A stretch of 64,000 nucleotides of DNA, from NCBI RefSeq assembly GCF_009914755.1, contig NC_060926.1. One strand, written 5' to 3'. Under the pieces are notes generated by a model that saw only the letters and a list, made by a program, of their open reading frames with translations, was not told the origin of the DNA and did not search any database. The position numbers were made by a program, and so were the translations under genes. Shown here piece after piece: positions 1 through 14,805 of this stretch (the first letter of the stretch is position 1; every line of letters begins with the position of its first letter). This DNA comes from the human T2T-CHM13v2.0 reference genome, Homo sapiens.

Positions 1-272
1 ATTTACTTTTTTGGTAAGGAGTTCCTAACCAGTTGTCCCAACATAATTTATTAAATAATCTATCTTTTCTGGTATAAAGCCTACCTTATTCTACACCTTG
101 AATTTTAATGTTTATTTTCATATTTGTGGATTCTCTCTTCTCTTCCATTGCTGTTACTTAGTGATAGGTAGATAAGAGAAAACTCAGTTACAGTACCTTT
201 ATAGTACTTTATAATATATTGTAAGATAGTTCCCCCTCCATAACTCTTCATTTTCACTTTCGAGGCTATTCT

Positions 273-307
<35 letters not shown>

Positions 308-521
308 ACATAAATTTCAGAAGAAAATTGTATCTAATTTTCTCCTCTCAAAAAAATTCTGTTAGTGTTTTTATTGAACTTGCATTCAATTTATAGATTC
401 ATTTAGGGACAATTGATGTTGTTATAACATTGAATATCATTATTGAAGACATTCATTCATGTCTCTTAAAAATATACTTCAGTAGAATTTACAAGTTGTT
501 TTTTTTCACATGGAGTCTTAA

Positions 522-827
522 GATTTTGTTCGTTTGTTTTTAGAGACAGAGTCTCACTCTGTCACCTAGGCTGGAGGGCAGTGGTGCAATCACAGCTCAC
601 CATAGACTCAAACTCCTGGAATCAAATGATGCCCCCACCTCAGCTTCCCAAGTAGCTGGGATTACTGGTGCAAGCCATCATGCCCAGCTAATTTTAAAAA
701 ATTATTTGTTAGAAATGGGCTCTCACTACGTTGCTCAAGCTGGCCTTGAACTACTGACCGCAAACAATCCTCCCACCTTGGCTGCCCAAAGTGCTGAGAT
801 TACAGGCATGAGCCACCATGTTGGGCT
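522..827 (-). mobile_element. Alu (old, AluJ-like) inside a decayed L1M fragment
   Basis: Reverse Alu dimer; duplicated GAGTCTTAA at 513-521 and 828-836. Confidence 0.85.
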
Positions 828-1739
828 GAGTCTTAACACATTTTCGTTACATTTATTTCCAGGTATTTCATCTCTTTGCAGTCTTAATGAGGTATTTTCT
901 TATGTGTATTATCTATCCTAATTGATAGTTGTTTCTATAAAGAAAGCTACAGTTGCATATTAATTTTGCTACCAGCCATCTTACAGGATTTTCTTTATGT
1001 TTTTATTATTATTTCAGTTGATTCTTTTGAGCTTTCCAGGTAAGTAATCACAAATCTGCAAATAATGGTAATTTCTATAAAATTGTTAATCATTTTACAT
1101 ATAAGATATCACTAAAATCATCCCCTTCTCTGCCCCTAAATGCACCTGAAATAGCCATTGAGATGGCTTTCTCAACATCCCTTCACTCTTCCCTCAATTG
1201 ACCCTTCAGCGTCCCCACCTTGCCTGCATTGTCCATGTGCTTTGGGAAAAGCTGCTTTCCCTTGCTTCTGGCAGTGAGGCATGTGGCTCACACCTACAGT
1301 AACCATGACAATCCTTCTACCACCCCTGGCCACAGATAAACACTCAGAGTTGGACATGTGGTCCAAGTTGGAGTGTGATGGGGGCTTCTGGATACGAGTC
1401 CATCACTCTTTCTAGGCAGTGAGGAGGCATTAGCAACCTTCAACTCCCAAAAGAACCCAAATCAGGATATAGCTGGCAGCAGAAAGATTGAACAATTGGT
1501 GGCATCATTGAGCTACTGAACTAAACCAACCCTATAGGCCATCCTCACTTTGAACTTACAACTAAAGCACCAATGGCTCCCCTGTTGTGTAAGCCAATTT
1601 AAGATAGGTGTTCTGATACTTGCAACTGAACACACTGTAGTCCACACACCACTATCAAAAGTTAGTCAAGCTCAGTGACCTTAAAGATTGCCTGGGTCTT
1701 AGGTCAGAATCCCTAGAAAGGGCCTCAGACTTCTCAATT

Positions 1740-4020
1740 TCTCCAAATGGATCATAGACCTTAATTGAAAATCTAAAGCTATAAAACTTATAGAAGAAAC
1801 CATAGGAGAAAATCTTTGTGACCTTGGGTTAGTCAAAGAATTTAAAAATAGAACACCAAAAGCACGACACATAAAAGAAAAATAAATAAATAAATTGAAT
1901 TTCAAAAATAAGAACATACTCATCAAAAGCCACTCGTAAGAGAGTGAAAATACAAATCATAAACTGAAAGAAAATATTTGGACATCACATAGCTGATAAA
2001 GGACTTGTGTCTACGGTATATAAACAACTCTCAAAACTAAGTAATAAAAAAGCAAAAACTCAATGTAGAATGAGAAAAATATGTGAACACTTTGCCAAAT
2101 TGCAAATACTGCAATGTCTTGATTAGCTTTAAAATGAGTCTTAAAGTCAGTAAATGTAAGTCCTCCAACTTGGTCCTTCATTTCAAGTTTATTTTGGCTA
2201 CTCTAGGCCCTTGACTTTTCTATATAAATTTAAGAATTTGCTTATCAATTTTGTTTGAGATTGCAATGAATCTACAAATCAGTCTGAGGAGAAATAACAT
2301 CTTAACTACCTTGAGTTTTCTGATCCATGATGATGGTATACCTCTCTGCTTACTTAGGTCTTATTTAATTTCTTTCAAAAATGTTTTACTGATTTTTATC
2401 TATAGGCTTTCTACATCTCTTCTCAGACTTATCCCTAAGTATTTCATAGTTATAATACTACTGTGCATTGTATAATTTTAAATAATTTTAGTGATTGCTT
2501 ATTACTAGCATATAGAAAATTGAGTTTTCTATATTCTCTTGTATTCTGTGCCCCTGCTAAACTTACTCTTTAGTTCTAGAAACATTTGTGTAGATTCCAT
2601 TGAACTTTCTATGTATATGATTATGTTGCTTGTGAATAAAGACAGAATCAGTTTTTCTTTCCAACTGAGATTCTTTTATTTATTTATTTATTTTTGCCTT
2701 ATAATAGGAGAAAAGCATTCAGTCTTTCATCATTAAATATAATACTTAATTTAAGGACTTTTATAATACCTTTTATCAGGTTAAAAAATTCCTTTCTGTT
2801 ACAGATTTGTTGAGGGCCTTTATCAGTAATTGATGTTGGATTATGTCGCATGTTTTTTGTTGCATCTGAGACAACCATATAGTTTTTCCTTTAAATTTTT
2901 TTCTCTTTTAACAATCTCAAGAGAATGAAAAAAACAAATCAAGGGCTAGACACGGTGGTGCATGGCTGTAATACCAGCCCTTAGGGGTGCTGAGGCTGAT
3001 GGATCACTTGAGACCAAGAGTTCAAGACCAGCCTGGGCAACATGGCAAAACCCCATCTCTACTAAAAATTAGCTGGATGTGGTGATGTGCCCCTGTAATG
3101 CCAGCTACTCAGGAGGCTGAGATGGGAGAATCACAAGACTCTGTCTCACAAAAGAAAAAAAAAGCAAGCCAAGTCTGAGAGAAAAATCTTTGCAAACTGT
3201 GTATCTGATAAGGGACTTGTAGTAATAAAATACAAGTAACTATACATAAATAAATAAATATTATTAGTCATTAAGAAAATGCAAACTAAAGCTATAAAGA
3301 AATAACATTGCATACCTAACAGAATGGCTCAGATTTTTAAAAGTCACCATGAGACATGTGTTGGCAAAAATGTGTAGGAACTGGAGCTTTCATACACTAC
3401 CAATTGGAATGTAAAATGGTACAATTATTTTGAAAAACAGTTTGGCAATTTTTTGAAAAGTTGACCATAAACCTACCATGTGATATTCACTCCTAGGTAT
3501 TTACCCAAGAGAAAAGCAAATAAATGTTTTCATACAAAGGCTTGTACACATGTTCTTTCAAAACAGCTTTATTTGTAATAGCCAAAAACTGAAAACAACC
3601 CAAATTCCATTAACAGGTGAATAGATAAACAAATTGTGGTATATCCATACAATGAAATACTACTAAGTAATAAAAAGAAAGGGCTATTGATACAAGCAAC
3701 GAGATGAATATGTCTCAAAATAATTATGCTGAGTGAAAGAAGCCTGACAAACGGACTACATTCTATATGATTACATTTATATAAACCCTAGAAAATACAA
3801 ACTAATCTGTAATAATAGAAAGCAGATGAGTGGTTACTTGGGGATGGGGTCAGGATGGAGACACTACAAAGGGGCCCAAGGAAACTTTTCAGGGTAATGG
3901 GTATCTTGATTGTGGTGATTATATCACAGGTGTATACATATGTCAAAACATCTCAAACTGTATACTTTAAATATATGCAGTCTATTGTGTGTCAATCATA
4001 CCTCAATGAAGTTGCTTTAA
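1740..4020. mobile_element. Cluster of ancient L1M fragments in both orientations, with a partial Alu at about 2943-3163 (+)
   Basis: L1 ORF2/3'UTR-like text (e.g. aaaacttatagaagaaaacataggagaaaatctttgtgacc; ctcctaggtatttacccaagagaa); boundaries approximate. Confidence 0.7.
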
Positions 4021-4685
4021 ACCTTTATTTAGTATTTTTAAGGTAATATAAGCACATGATACAAAAATTCAAGCAGTATAGAAAATTATTTGACTGAAAA
4101 CTTCAGGAGGGAGTTCTCCAAGAAAAGTGGAATTATTAGAGTACTGAATATATCTGATGATTTGAAAACTAATATTTGTTACTTAAACATTTTATGGGAC
4201 ATTTGGAAAAACTTAAGGATGAATTCACAGAAAATGAAAACAATGTGGAAAAAAGCCAAGTATTAATTTAAAAAAACAAAAATCATACCAGAAAGGAAAG
4301 ACAATTATGGTAGATGACTTGGCTCAGCTGTGTGTGTGTGTATATATATATATAGTCATGACGATTTAAGCACTACCTATAAATTTACAAATCATTCGCT
4401 AAGTGTTGGGAGAGCAGGAGTGGGAGAAATAAGAGATGGCAGTAGAAGAAAGCTATGCCTCATCTTCCATAACAAGAAGTCATGCTTGTAATGGAAGATT
4501 CTGTTCTAAAACAGGTAAATCAAAAATAGCAGCATAAACCTACATAAAAGAAAGAGGTAATGAACCAAAAGAAACAGACGAGTTTGGAAATGATTGCCTC
4601 TGGGGAGGGAGAGTAAGGCAGCAGATGCCTCCCTTTCAGATATCAGTACCTTATCAATTTTTCTGTTGTAATCTACATGCATGTA

Positions 4686-7600
4686 CAGGCTGAAAATCCC
4701 TAATCCCAAAACTCCAAACCCAAAATGCTCCAAAATCCAAAACTTTTGAAAACTGACATAACACAAGTGGAAAATTCCACACCTGACCTCATGTGTCAGG
4801 TCACAGTGAAAATGCAGGCACACAACACACAGTTTAAGTGGCATTCCCAAGGGAAGAAAGACCTCTCAGCCCCCTTCAGCTGCGATGTAACTTTTCCATG
4901 CCTGCCTAAATTCCCTGACACAAGCACATCCACAAAGGAAAATAAAATGGCACTGCAGGCCGGACGCACCAAAGCAGGTTCCCACAAAGCCCCACGCGGG
5001 GCCAAGACCTGTGTGCATTACTCTGTGTTTTTTTCATTCATCTCTGCTCTGTGGTGTAAAGATAATTGTGGTGTTGAAAACCACACAGATACCCCTATGG
5101 GTAGCTTAGCGATAAGAATAAGAGGAAGCATTTATATTTATCTGTAACACAGAAAATCAAGCTGTTGGAGAACTTGGAAGGCAGTGTAAGTGTGAAATGT
5201 CTTACAGAAGAGTATGACGTTGGAATGGCCCCCATATGTGACCCGAAGAAACAGAAGGATAAACTGCTGAAGCTCTATAGTGATCAACAGAAGTTAATGA
5301 AACATTGAAAAACACTGCATAAAGCTAAAAAGGAAGATCTTGATCATGTATTGAAAGATTAGATTCATCAGCATCACAGTGAACACGTGCCTCTGAAAGG
5401 TATGCTGATCATAAAAGAGCAAAGATCTATCACAATGAACTGCAAATTGAAGAGAGCTGTGAATATTCAACAGGCTGGTTTCAGAAATCTAAGAAAAGAC
5501 ATGGCATTAATTTTAAAGTTTGTGGTGACAAAGCATCTGCTGATCACAAAGCAGGAGAGAAATTCATTGATGAGTTTGCCAAGGTTAAGGTCATCCCTGA
5601 TGAAACTCTGATGTCAGAAGAAATCTATTATATATTGCTGATAAAACATCAATGTGTCGGCATTACTGCCCCAGAAAGACTGACTACAGCTGATGAGACA
5701 ATCCCTGTAGGAATTAAGGATGCCAAGGGCAGAACTGTGCTGGAATGTGCAAATGCAGCAGGCTTGCATAAGTGTAAAGTTGCTGTGATAGAAAAATCTT
5801 GTGTACTCACTGTTTTCAAGGGATGACTTTCTTACCATTTCATTACTATGTTAACAAAAAGGCATGGATCACTAGGGACATCTTTTCCAATTGTTTTCAC
5901 AACATTTTGTACCAGCGGCTGGTGCTCACTACAGGAAAACCAGATTGGATGATGACTGCAAGATTTTGTTATACCTTGACAACTGTTCTGCTTGTCCGCT
6001 AGTTGAAATTCTCATCAAAAATAATGTTCACGTAATATACTTTCCCCCAAATGTGACTTCATTAATTCAGCCATGTGACGAGGATATCCTTGGGAAAATA
6101 AAGAGTAAATATAAAAACACATTCTTGAACAGCATCCCAGCAGCAGCGAACCGAAGTGTGGGTGTGGAAGGTTTTCAAAAGAAGTTTAGCATGAAAGACG
6201 CCATATATGCTGTTGCCAATGCTTAGAACACAGTGACTGAAGACACAGCTGTGCCTACCTGGCACAGCCTCTGGCCTGTGACTGTGTTCAGGGATGATGA
6301 CGAACAAGGCAGTGACTTTGAAGGAGTCTGTAAGTCAAGTGAGAATGAAATGATGTTTGATCTCGTATATGCAGATATATACCTTCAGAGTCTGTCAGTA
6401 AGCTGGAAGAAGTGGATATCAAAGAAGTGTTTGACATCAACAAGGAGTCTCCAGTTGTTCATTCACTGACCTATGGTGAAATGCCAAAATGGTTCTGAAT
6501 CAAGGGGATCGTGATGATATTGACGATGAAGATGATGTTAATACTGCAGAAAAAGTGCCTATAGATGATGTGGTGAAAATATGTGATGGGCTTACTGAAA
6601 GGCTAGGGCAGTGTAACAGAACAAAAATCATGTCTGTGGCAGAGCAGGAGCATCACCATCTTGGACAAGCACTTCCATTTTAAAGTTCACCTTGATCAAA
6701 AACTGCCTAAATCCAAAGGGCATCAGCCTGATGGCTAAGGTCAGCATGATCATAAACCACAAATGACATCTCCAAACAGAAACATTCCAAAACCATAAAG
6801 TAAACCCCTTCCCAACCACAGACATGCCAGCCCCAAGATAACCTCACCTCTGGCCAGAGAGATGTCAGCCCAAGATAACCTCCCCTCTGACCAGAGACAT
6901 TCCAACCCTGCCATAAACTTCTCCCCCACATGGAAACATTCCAAGCCTGTAATAAGCTCTCTCACCCTAAATCCAATAAATACTATTAGTCTGTAAGAGA
7001 GAGTGCTCCTGACCGAAATCAGCCAGAAGCCCCTCACAGGTTTACTCTCCAAAATAAGCCTATCTTTGACTGTTGAGCCACTTTTCATGTTTCTTTCCTC
7101 TTTAACTCTTACAGTCTGTTTATAAAATCGAAGACAGACTTCTAAGACAAAAACCGTTGCTAATGAGGCAGATGACTCTGGAGGAAACATTTTAAAAAGC
7201 CATCTAGCACAATGCCTCTTCATCCCTCAAGGACCCACTTCCTGGCCTCTCAACTGTTTCTAATATTTTCCTCACCTAAAGAGTAAAATACACTGTACAG
7301 TAATCTTTCAATTGAAGCACAGCATTGTAAATGGAGACTGAAAACCTGCCATTGTTTGTTGTGGCTGTTGTTTTGCAGCTGATCCAGGTATCTGGTGATG
7401 CTATTGTGCTGCCTAGTTACCATGAACACATTATTTTTTCACTCTATTAATGATGTAAGATTTTTTTACTCTTAAATACTTATGTGTGAGTAGTGTTGGA
7501 AAAGGATTGCTTATCCACAGCATACAAATTCAGTCAGGATGATGGTGATGCCAAACAACCACAGGTTGTCCACGTGGGTGGCTGAGATAGTGGCAGCTGT

Positions 7601-7848
7601 GCTTTCTGATGTGCACGAACTTCGTTTCATGAACAAAATTATTAAAACGATTGTATACAATTATCTTAATGCTATGTGTATACAGAGTATACAAAATATA
7701 AATGAATTTCGTGTTTAGACTTGGGTCCCCTCCCCAAGATATCTCATTACCTATATGCAAATATTCCAAAATCCAAAACTATCTGAAACTATCTGAAATC
7801 TGAGACACTTTTGGTCTCAACCATTTCAGGCAAGGGATACCCAACTTG
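4686..7848 (+). mobile_element. Full-length Tigger4/Zombi-like (pogo/TcMar) DNA transposon with a disabled transposase
   Basis: TIRs CAGGCTGAAAATCCCT and AGGGATACCCAACTTG, both flanked by TA (4684-85, 7849-50); DDE-domain remnants LLYLDNCSA and FPPNVTSLIQPCD in ORF 5891-6226; multiple stops and frameshifts. Confidence 0.9.
6635..7113 (+). mobile_element. Solo ERV LTR (ERV1-like) nested in the Tigger transposase
   Basis: TG...CA ends, AATAAA near 6975, internal ACATTCCAA repeats; GTC(TG) duplicated on both sides; Tigger sequence resumes afterwards. Confidence 0.8.
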
Positions 7849-8059
7849 TATTATGCTATTCTAGGAAGCAGTATTGTGCAGTGGTTATGAGCCTGAGTGC
7901 CTGAGCTCAAATCCCTACTCTGTTCCTTAAAGCTGTAAGACCGTGGACAAGTTACCTAACTTCTCTGCACCCAGATTTCCTCATCTGCAAGATGGAGATA
8001 ACAATGGCACCAATTTTGTAGTGTTATCATGAGGATTAAATACTTTTTTAAAATTATCT

Positions 8060-8394
<335 letters not shown>

Positions 8395-11320
8395 TGATAT
8401 AAATATAATATAAGAATTACAATTCTTATAATAAAGTGATAATAAAATTGATCTAAGAAAAGACATTCTTCCCACCTTTATCTCAAAGGCAGCTACTGCT
8501 GAAATTCTGGTGTACTATTCTATTTTTTAAAAAAATTATAAATAACCCATCATATAGGTGTACATACGTATATACTTTTTAACTTGCATCACCAGAATCA
8601 TATTACCTATTTGTTCCACTCCTCTGTTTTCTCCATAATAACAACTCTTGAAATTCTTTCCAAACTTACTTAATCAGATCTACCATATTCTTGTTAATGT
8701 CTTCATAACATTCCAGAATGTATTGATTGTGTTCCCTACTGAAGATCATTCAAGTTAATTCCAGGTTTTTGCTATGGCAAATAATACTGCAATGTATTCT
8801 GATCACAGTGAATTCTGTGAGTATCTCCTTAGGGCAATTCAGGCTGGGGAAGTGCTGAGTGCACAGCCTCTTGCAGAAGAAGAACAAGGACCTCAAGCCA
8901 GGGAAACAATGTATATATTTAAAAAAAGAACACGTCAAAGATATGTGCTGCGTAATTCACAAGTTTCCTATGGGCTCATCAGCTCCTTAGCACTTTGTGT
9001 TTGTTACAGTTGGTGGCATCAGTTATATTGCTTCAGAGAAAACTCCTCCCGTATACACACCACTTAAAAACGTTTGGCACCTCTTCAGTGCCCGGGTAAC
9101 TCCAGCATTCAGTATGATACAGTGAACACATTGGACTCTGCAGCCAGTTGGGGCTGGTTGTGTGACCTTGGACAGGTGGCTTTTAATGGCTCCTGTGTCT
9201 CAGTTTCTGCATTTGTAGAAAGGATGAAAAAAATGATATTTACATTAAAGAGGATTGTTGTGGAGAAAGAACCTCTTTAAATGCCTAACTAAGCCTGGCC
9301 TGGAGTAGGCACTAAAATGTTAACTGTTCACCTCTCCTTCCTGGGGAAGTGATTCTATCCCATTTGCCATTTTGGAAGTGAGTCTATAGAAATACAGTCA
9401 CTTCAGCTCCCTCCACCCAGCTCTTAAAAACTGCATCAGGACTTTGCTTCTGTTCTTATTTGTAACCAGTTTGCACAATCACCATTAGTTAACTTCTTTC
9501 TGTAATCAGAAATGACACAGGAAGAGAGATAATAATAGACTGGGAATTTTGTAGACTAATAATATCACTCTTTGCGTTTATGTTTTAGATCACTTTACTG
9601 CAGTCAGCTCTTAGAATTGTAAACCCCCAGATGTAAGCCTCATCTAGAAGAAAGGACAAAGAATCAGTCCAAAGGATGGAAAGAATCAAGCTGTGTTGCT
9701 TATTGCACATCTTTCAATCAAAAATGGTTAAAATGTGGAGAGAGGCAGAGTTTGCCTTTGAATGGCTAGAAATGCCCTTAGGTGTACACAATTTCCCAGC
9801 AGGGGCAGGGAAGTGAGGAGGTACAGCCTCCACCAAAGCCCTTAGCCCTCAGGGTCTCTTCTCTGCCAAAATTTAACCAATTTATAGTCTAAGTTCCCTA
9901 TTAAAATGTGCAGTTCTTGGGAAGATGAATACCCAGGGTTAGTAGCAGCTGCTGGCAGCTGGGGGCTGAGGTTAAGAACCTTGAAGAATGAATCTCAGGT
10001 GCTCTTGGCCATAAACTTCCTCAGAGCATTCACAGCATAACTTTTTGTGCTGGACAAAAACAAATCACAGGTTCCACAGAGCCTTTCTGGATCGCTATTC
10101 TTTGAGATCTCATCTAACAGAGTCAACAAGAGAATAAAAGGGCCTTTGGCCTGCCCTTTCCTCCTCTTTCCTTCCACTTATTTCTAGGGGACATACACAA
10201 ACCCTGGTGCAGCTGGAATGCTGCCTGGGAGCTGCTCCTTGGCACCTGGCTATTTCCCAATCATGCCTTGACTTCAGTCTTGGTTGAAATGGAGTTGAGG
10301 AGATGGTAATGTGTAGTTCCTGCTCTTGAGGAGCTCACAGTTTAGGAAGGAGACTAATAAACACAAGCACTGCGGAGTTACTGTGCTATGCATGAATCTC
10401 CATGCAGAATATACCTTGAAAAGGCAGGTAGGGAGGGTGGGGGTCAGCTCCACTTGGCAGTAGGTTTTATGGAGAAAGATACCTTTAGACTGAGTGACAG
10501 GCATTCACCAGATGAGATGCAGGAATGGGAAAGTGTCTTCAAGCTGAAGGAGCAGCCATGGTAACCTGTAGTAATTTCAGGATGACAGGAGAAATATGGG
10601 TTGGGTGGGGAAGAGGGTGGTGCTGACAAGCACAAAGGCCGTTATTTGCCAAGCTAAGGAATTTGGACCTTTTTATTCTCCAAAACTCTAATCACCTGGG
10701 CCTCCTGAGGGCCTGAATTGCTGATCACATCTCTTTGCTCTCTGTGTCAGTCTGCAGTATACTCTAAGCAACAGAAATGGATAACTGGCTGATTTAAGCT
10801 GAGAAGGAAATTCCTGGAAGACTGTTGGGATCTCATAGATTTACTGGTAAGACCACCAAATGAGGCTCCGGACAAGGTCAGGGACAAGGATAACAGTTCA
10901 CAGCCGAAATCATGCCACAGAACCCATCCAGTGAGGACCCATCTGCTGCTGTGGCTACCTCTGCTGCCTATGCAGGAGGAGTGGGTAGGACCTGAGGCAT
11001 TTTCTAGTTGCTGCCCCTTCCCTGGTGTGCAGCAATCCGTCTTCTTTAAAGGAATGTGGTGGCATGTCTGGTTGGCCACATGCCCATGCCTGTCTGCAAG
11101 TGAGGCTGAAAACTCAAGAAATTCAACCCTTCGGCCTCTTTAGTAGAATAGCATTTCTGCTTCCCATTAACTCTCCAAAGGCAGGGAAGACTCCAAACAT
11201 TGAAACGGTGCTCAAAAACAGGTTAGTCATAAAGAAACAAGCATAAAACTGCCTTATCCAGGGCCTTTGGCACATTCTTGACTTGACACCAAGTCATGAG
11301 CTGCCTCTGAGTCCTTTCTT

Positions 11321-12043
11321 TTTTTTTATTTTATTATTATACTTCAAGTTTTAGGGTACATGTGCACAACGTGCAGGTTTGTTACATATGTATACATGTG
11401 CCATGTTGGTGTGCTGCACCCATTAACTCGTCATTTAGCATTAGGTATATCTCCTAATGCTATCCCTCCCCCCTCTCCCCACCCCACAACAGTCCCTGGT
11501 GTGTGATGTTCCCCTTCCTGTGTCCATGTGTTCTCATCGTTCAGTTCCCACCTATGAGTGAGAACATGCGCTGTTTGGTTTTTTGTCCTTGCGATAGTTT
11601 GCTTAGAATGATGGTTTCCAGCTTCATCCATGTCCCTAAAAAGGACATGAACTCATCCTTTTTTATGGCTGCATAGTATTCCATGGTGTGTATGTGACAC
11701 ATTTTCTTAATCCAGTCTATCATTGTTGGACATTTGGCTTGGTTCCAAGTCTTTGCTATTGTGAATAGTGCCGCGATAAACATACGTGTGCATGTGTCTT
11801 TATAGCAGCATGATTTATAATCCTTTGGGTGTATACCCAGTAATGGGATGGCTGGATCAAATGGTATTTCTAGTTCTAGATCCCTGAGGAATCGCCACAC
11901 TGACTTCCACAGTGGTTGAACTAGTTTACAGTCCCACCAACAGTGTAAAAGTGTTCCTATTTCTCCACATCCTCTCCAGCACCTGTTGTTTCCTGACTTT
12001 TTAATGATCGCCGTTCTAACTGGTGTGAGATGGTATCTCATTG
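11321..12043 (-). mobile_element. 5'-truncated young L1PA (L1PA4-like), 723 bp
   Basis: ORF2 C-terminus open (MRYHLTPVR...CWRGC...LLHCWWDC), L1PA 3'UTR; perfect 15-bp TSD TCTGAGTCCTTTCTT at 11306-11320 and 12044-12058; endonuclease-type TTTCTT/AA site. Confidence 0.95.
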
Positions 12044-12869
12044 TCTGAGTCCTTTCTTAAGGGATCTTTGAGAGGGAGACCCTCTACTCATCACCATGAA
12101 TGGCCCAAGCAATTCATGAGGGATCTCCTCCCATGAACCAAACACCTCCCACCAGACCCCATCTCCAGCACTGGGAACTACAATTCAACATGCGATATCC
12201 AAATGTATCAGAGACAATGTGACACCAGAAATACATTTGGACCTGCATAGCCAGCTGTCCACCATGATGCAGCAATCATCAATCATCTAGCTACTCATCT
12301 GTCAGTTACACCAACCTGCTACTCACCACTCTCCTTCCTCTCAAAGCCCTCTAGGTGCTCTCTGGATCTCCATGAGATTGTAAATGGATCATTCTTCACC
12401 CTACATTTCCAATTCACATAACCATTTACCCCTCCTCACATCAGAGCCTCACTGCTAGCAGTGTTCAGAAATGAAAGTCAGAAACAGAAGAGAAACCTAA
12501 GCAATTCTTCCTGACCAAGGTCCTCTTTCACAAGGACGTACTTCCATCTTTTAGGTTCAGATTACTCCATTTATCCTTGGGGTTCCCAGGGGGTCATATG
12601 ACACTGAACAGCTAGTGAATGAACCCTGATTCTCCCCAAAGACAGTGTCCCTCTGAACCCAGACTTCTTGGAGACAGTGGGCAGGAACAGGTTTGAGGAT
12701 GGAGAAAAGGCAAAATACACACCCATCCTCCAGATTTACTGGGTGTAAAGTTCTGCTATTTAGCAAGGAATGGTACTAGGCCATTTTGGCCAATCTGACT
12801 TACATTTTGTTTGTGTGTGATAAAATATACCAAACATAGTATTTATCATTTTAACCATTTATAAGTGTA

Positions 12870-13470
12870 CATATGTTTTGGCTCTTTCTTGTTCCTTCTC
12901 TGGCCTTGTGATGTGCCTCCTCCCCCTTTGCCTTCTACCATGAGTAAAATCTCCCTGTGGCCTCCCCAGAAACTGAACAGGCACTGGCATCATGCTTGCA
13001 CAGCCTGCTGAAACTGGAAGATATGAAATTAGCCGGGAATGACACATTTGTTCCTGTGCAAAGAATAGGTTCTGGACCTGAAGAGAAAGACAGTGTGCCC
13101 GATTTCATAATAATTAGGTGGAGATACAAGATTAATGTTGAATACAATAGTGGACAGCAAAGAAAAAGTTTCAGCATGCAGGGATTTTATATTAAGGGGA
13201 GAAGAGATATATAAAGAAATAAACAGAGCAAATTTGGACACAGAGACAGACATGCACAAAGGGAAGTGTGAAGACATGCTGGGAGAAGGTGACCATGTGA
13301 CTGGAGTGTGCATCTACAAGCCAAGGACTGCCAGTCAATCACCAGAAGCTAGAAAACTCAAGGAAAGATTCTCTTTTAAAGCCTTCAAAGAGAGCATGAC
13401 CCTGCCAATACCTTGATTTTTGACTTATAGTCTCCAGAGCTGTGAAAGAATAAATTTGTGTTGTTTTAAG
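12870..13470 (+). mobile_element. MaLR LTR fragments (MST-like, then MLT1-like)
   Basis: Typical MLT1 3' text ccttgatttttgactt...ccagagctgtgaaagaataaatttgtgttgttttaagc; boundaries approximate. Confidence 0.7.
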
Positions 13471-13990
13471 CAAACAACAACAACAAAACAAACAAACAAA
13501 AAAAAACAAGTGTAAGTTTTGGTATGCTGTGTTTTCATTTTCATTCATCTTTAAATATTTTCTAATTTCCCTTGTGACGTTTTTCTTTGACCCACTGGCT
13601 GTTTAAGCGTGTGCTGTTTATTTTCACATGCTCGTGAATTTTCCAATTTTTCTTCTGCTATCGATTTCTGACTTCATCTTGCTATGGTTGGAGAAGATAC
13701 TTTGTATGATACCAATCTTTTAAAATCTGTTGAGACTTGTTTTGTGGCCTAACAGGGTGTATCCTGGAGAAGGTTACTTGTGCCCTTGAGAAGAATGTGT
13801 ATTGTATTGTTGAATGTAGTTTCTGTACATGTCTGTTGGGTCTAGTTGGCTTATTGTGTCTTTCAAGTCCCCTGTTTCCTTACTTATCTTCCGTCTGACT
13901 AATCTATCCATTATTGAAAATGTGGTATCGAAGTATCAATTTCCCCCTTCAATTCTATCAGTTTTGGCTTCGTATATTTCAAGAGTCCTT

Positions 13991-14359
13991 TATTAGGTTG
14001 ATTTGTGTTGCTATAACAAAATACCTGAGACTGGTGATTTATAAACAGTAGAAATTAATTTTTTCACAGTTCTGGAGCCTGAGAAGCCCAAGATCAAGGT
14101 GCCAGCAAGTTTGGTTTTGTGGTGAGGGCTGCTCTTTGCTTCCAAGATGGCATCTTGTTGCTGTATCCTCCTGAGGGGCGAAATGCTGTGTGCTCACATG
14201 GCAGATGGTGGAAGGGCAAGAAAGTGGTACACTGCATGAAGAGAACATTTTTTATGGACTTTAATCACATTTGCAAGCGGAGGAGCCCTTATGACCTAAT
14301 CACATTCCCCATTAATTTCAACACCTGAATTTTGGAGGGGATATATTCAAACCATACCA
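13991..14359 (-). mobile_element. MaLR LTR (MST/MLT1A-like)
   Basis: gctataacaaaatacctgagactgg...cacagttctggagcctgagaagcccaagatcaagg...ttcaaaccatacca. Confidence 0.8.
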
Positions 14360-14805
14360 GTCTGTAAATCTTTATAATGGTTATATCTTCTTTCTGTATT
14401 GAGTCTTTTATTAATATATAATGTTCTTTTCTGTCTCTTGTGACCTTTTAGGGTTAAAGTCTATATTTTTCTAATATTAGTATAGCCACATCACCTCTCT
14501 TTTTGGTTACTATTTACATGGAATAATTTTTTCTATCCTTTCACTTTCAACCTACTTGTGTCTTTGAATCTAAAGTGAGTCTCATAGTTGGATCATGGTA
14601 GGTTTTTTAAAAATCCATTTTTCTCTCTTTTGATTGGAGGATTTAATTCATTTATATTTAAAGTAATTACTGATAAGAAGGGACTTACTTCTGCCATTTT
14701 GCTATTTGTTTTCCATATGACCTCTAGTTTTACATTCCTCATTTCCTCCATTACTGCCTTCTTTGTGTTTAGTTGATTTTTTTTGTAGTGAAACTTTTTG
14801 ATTCC

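Noticed and set aside
276-306. Poly-T run giving a poly-Lys ORF
   Set aside because: Simple mononucleotide tract within decayed L1 sequence.
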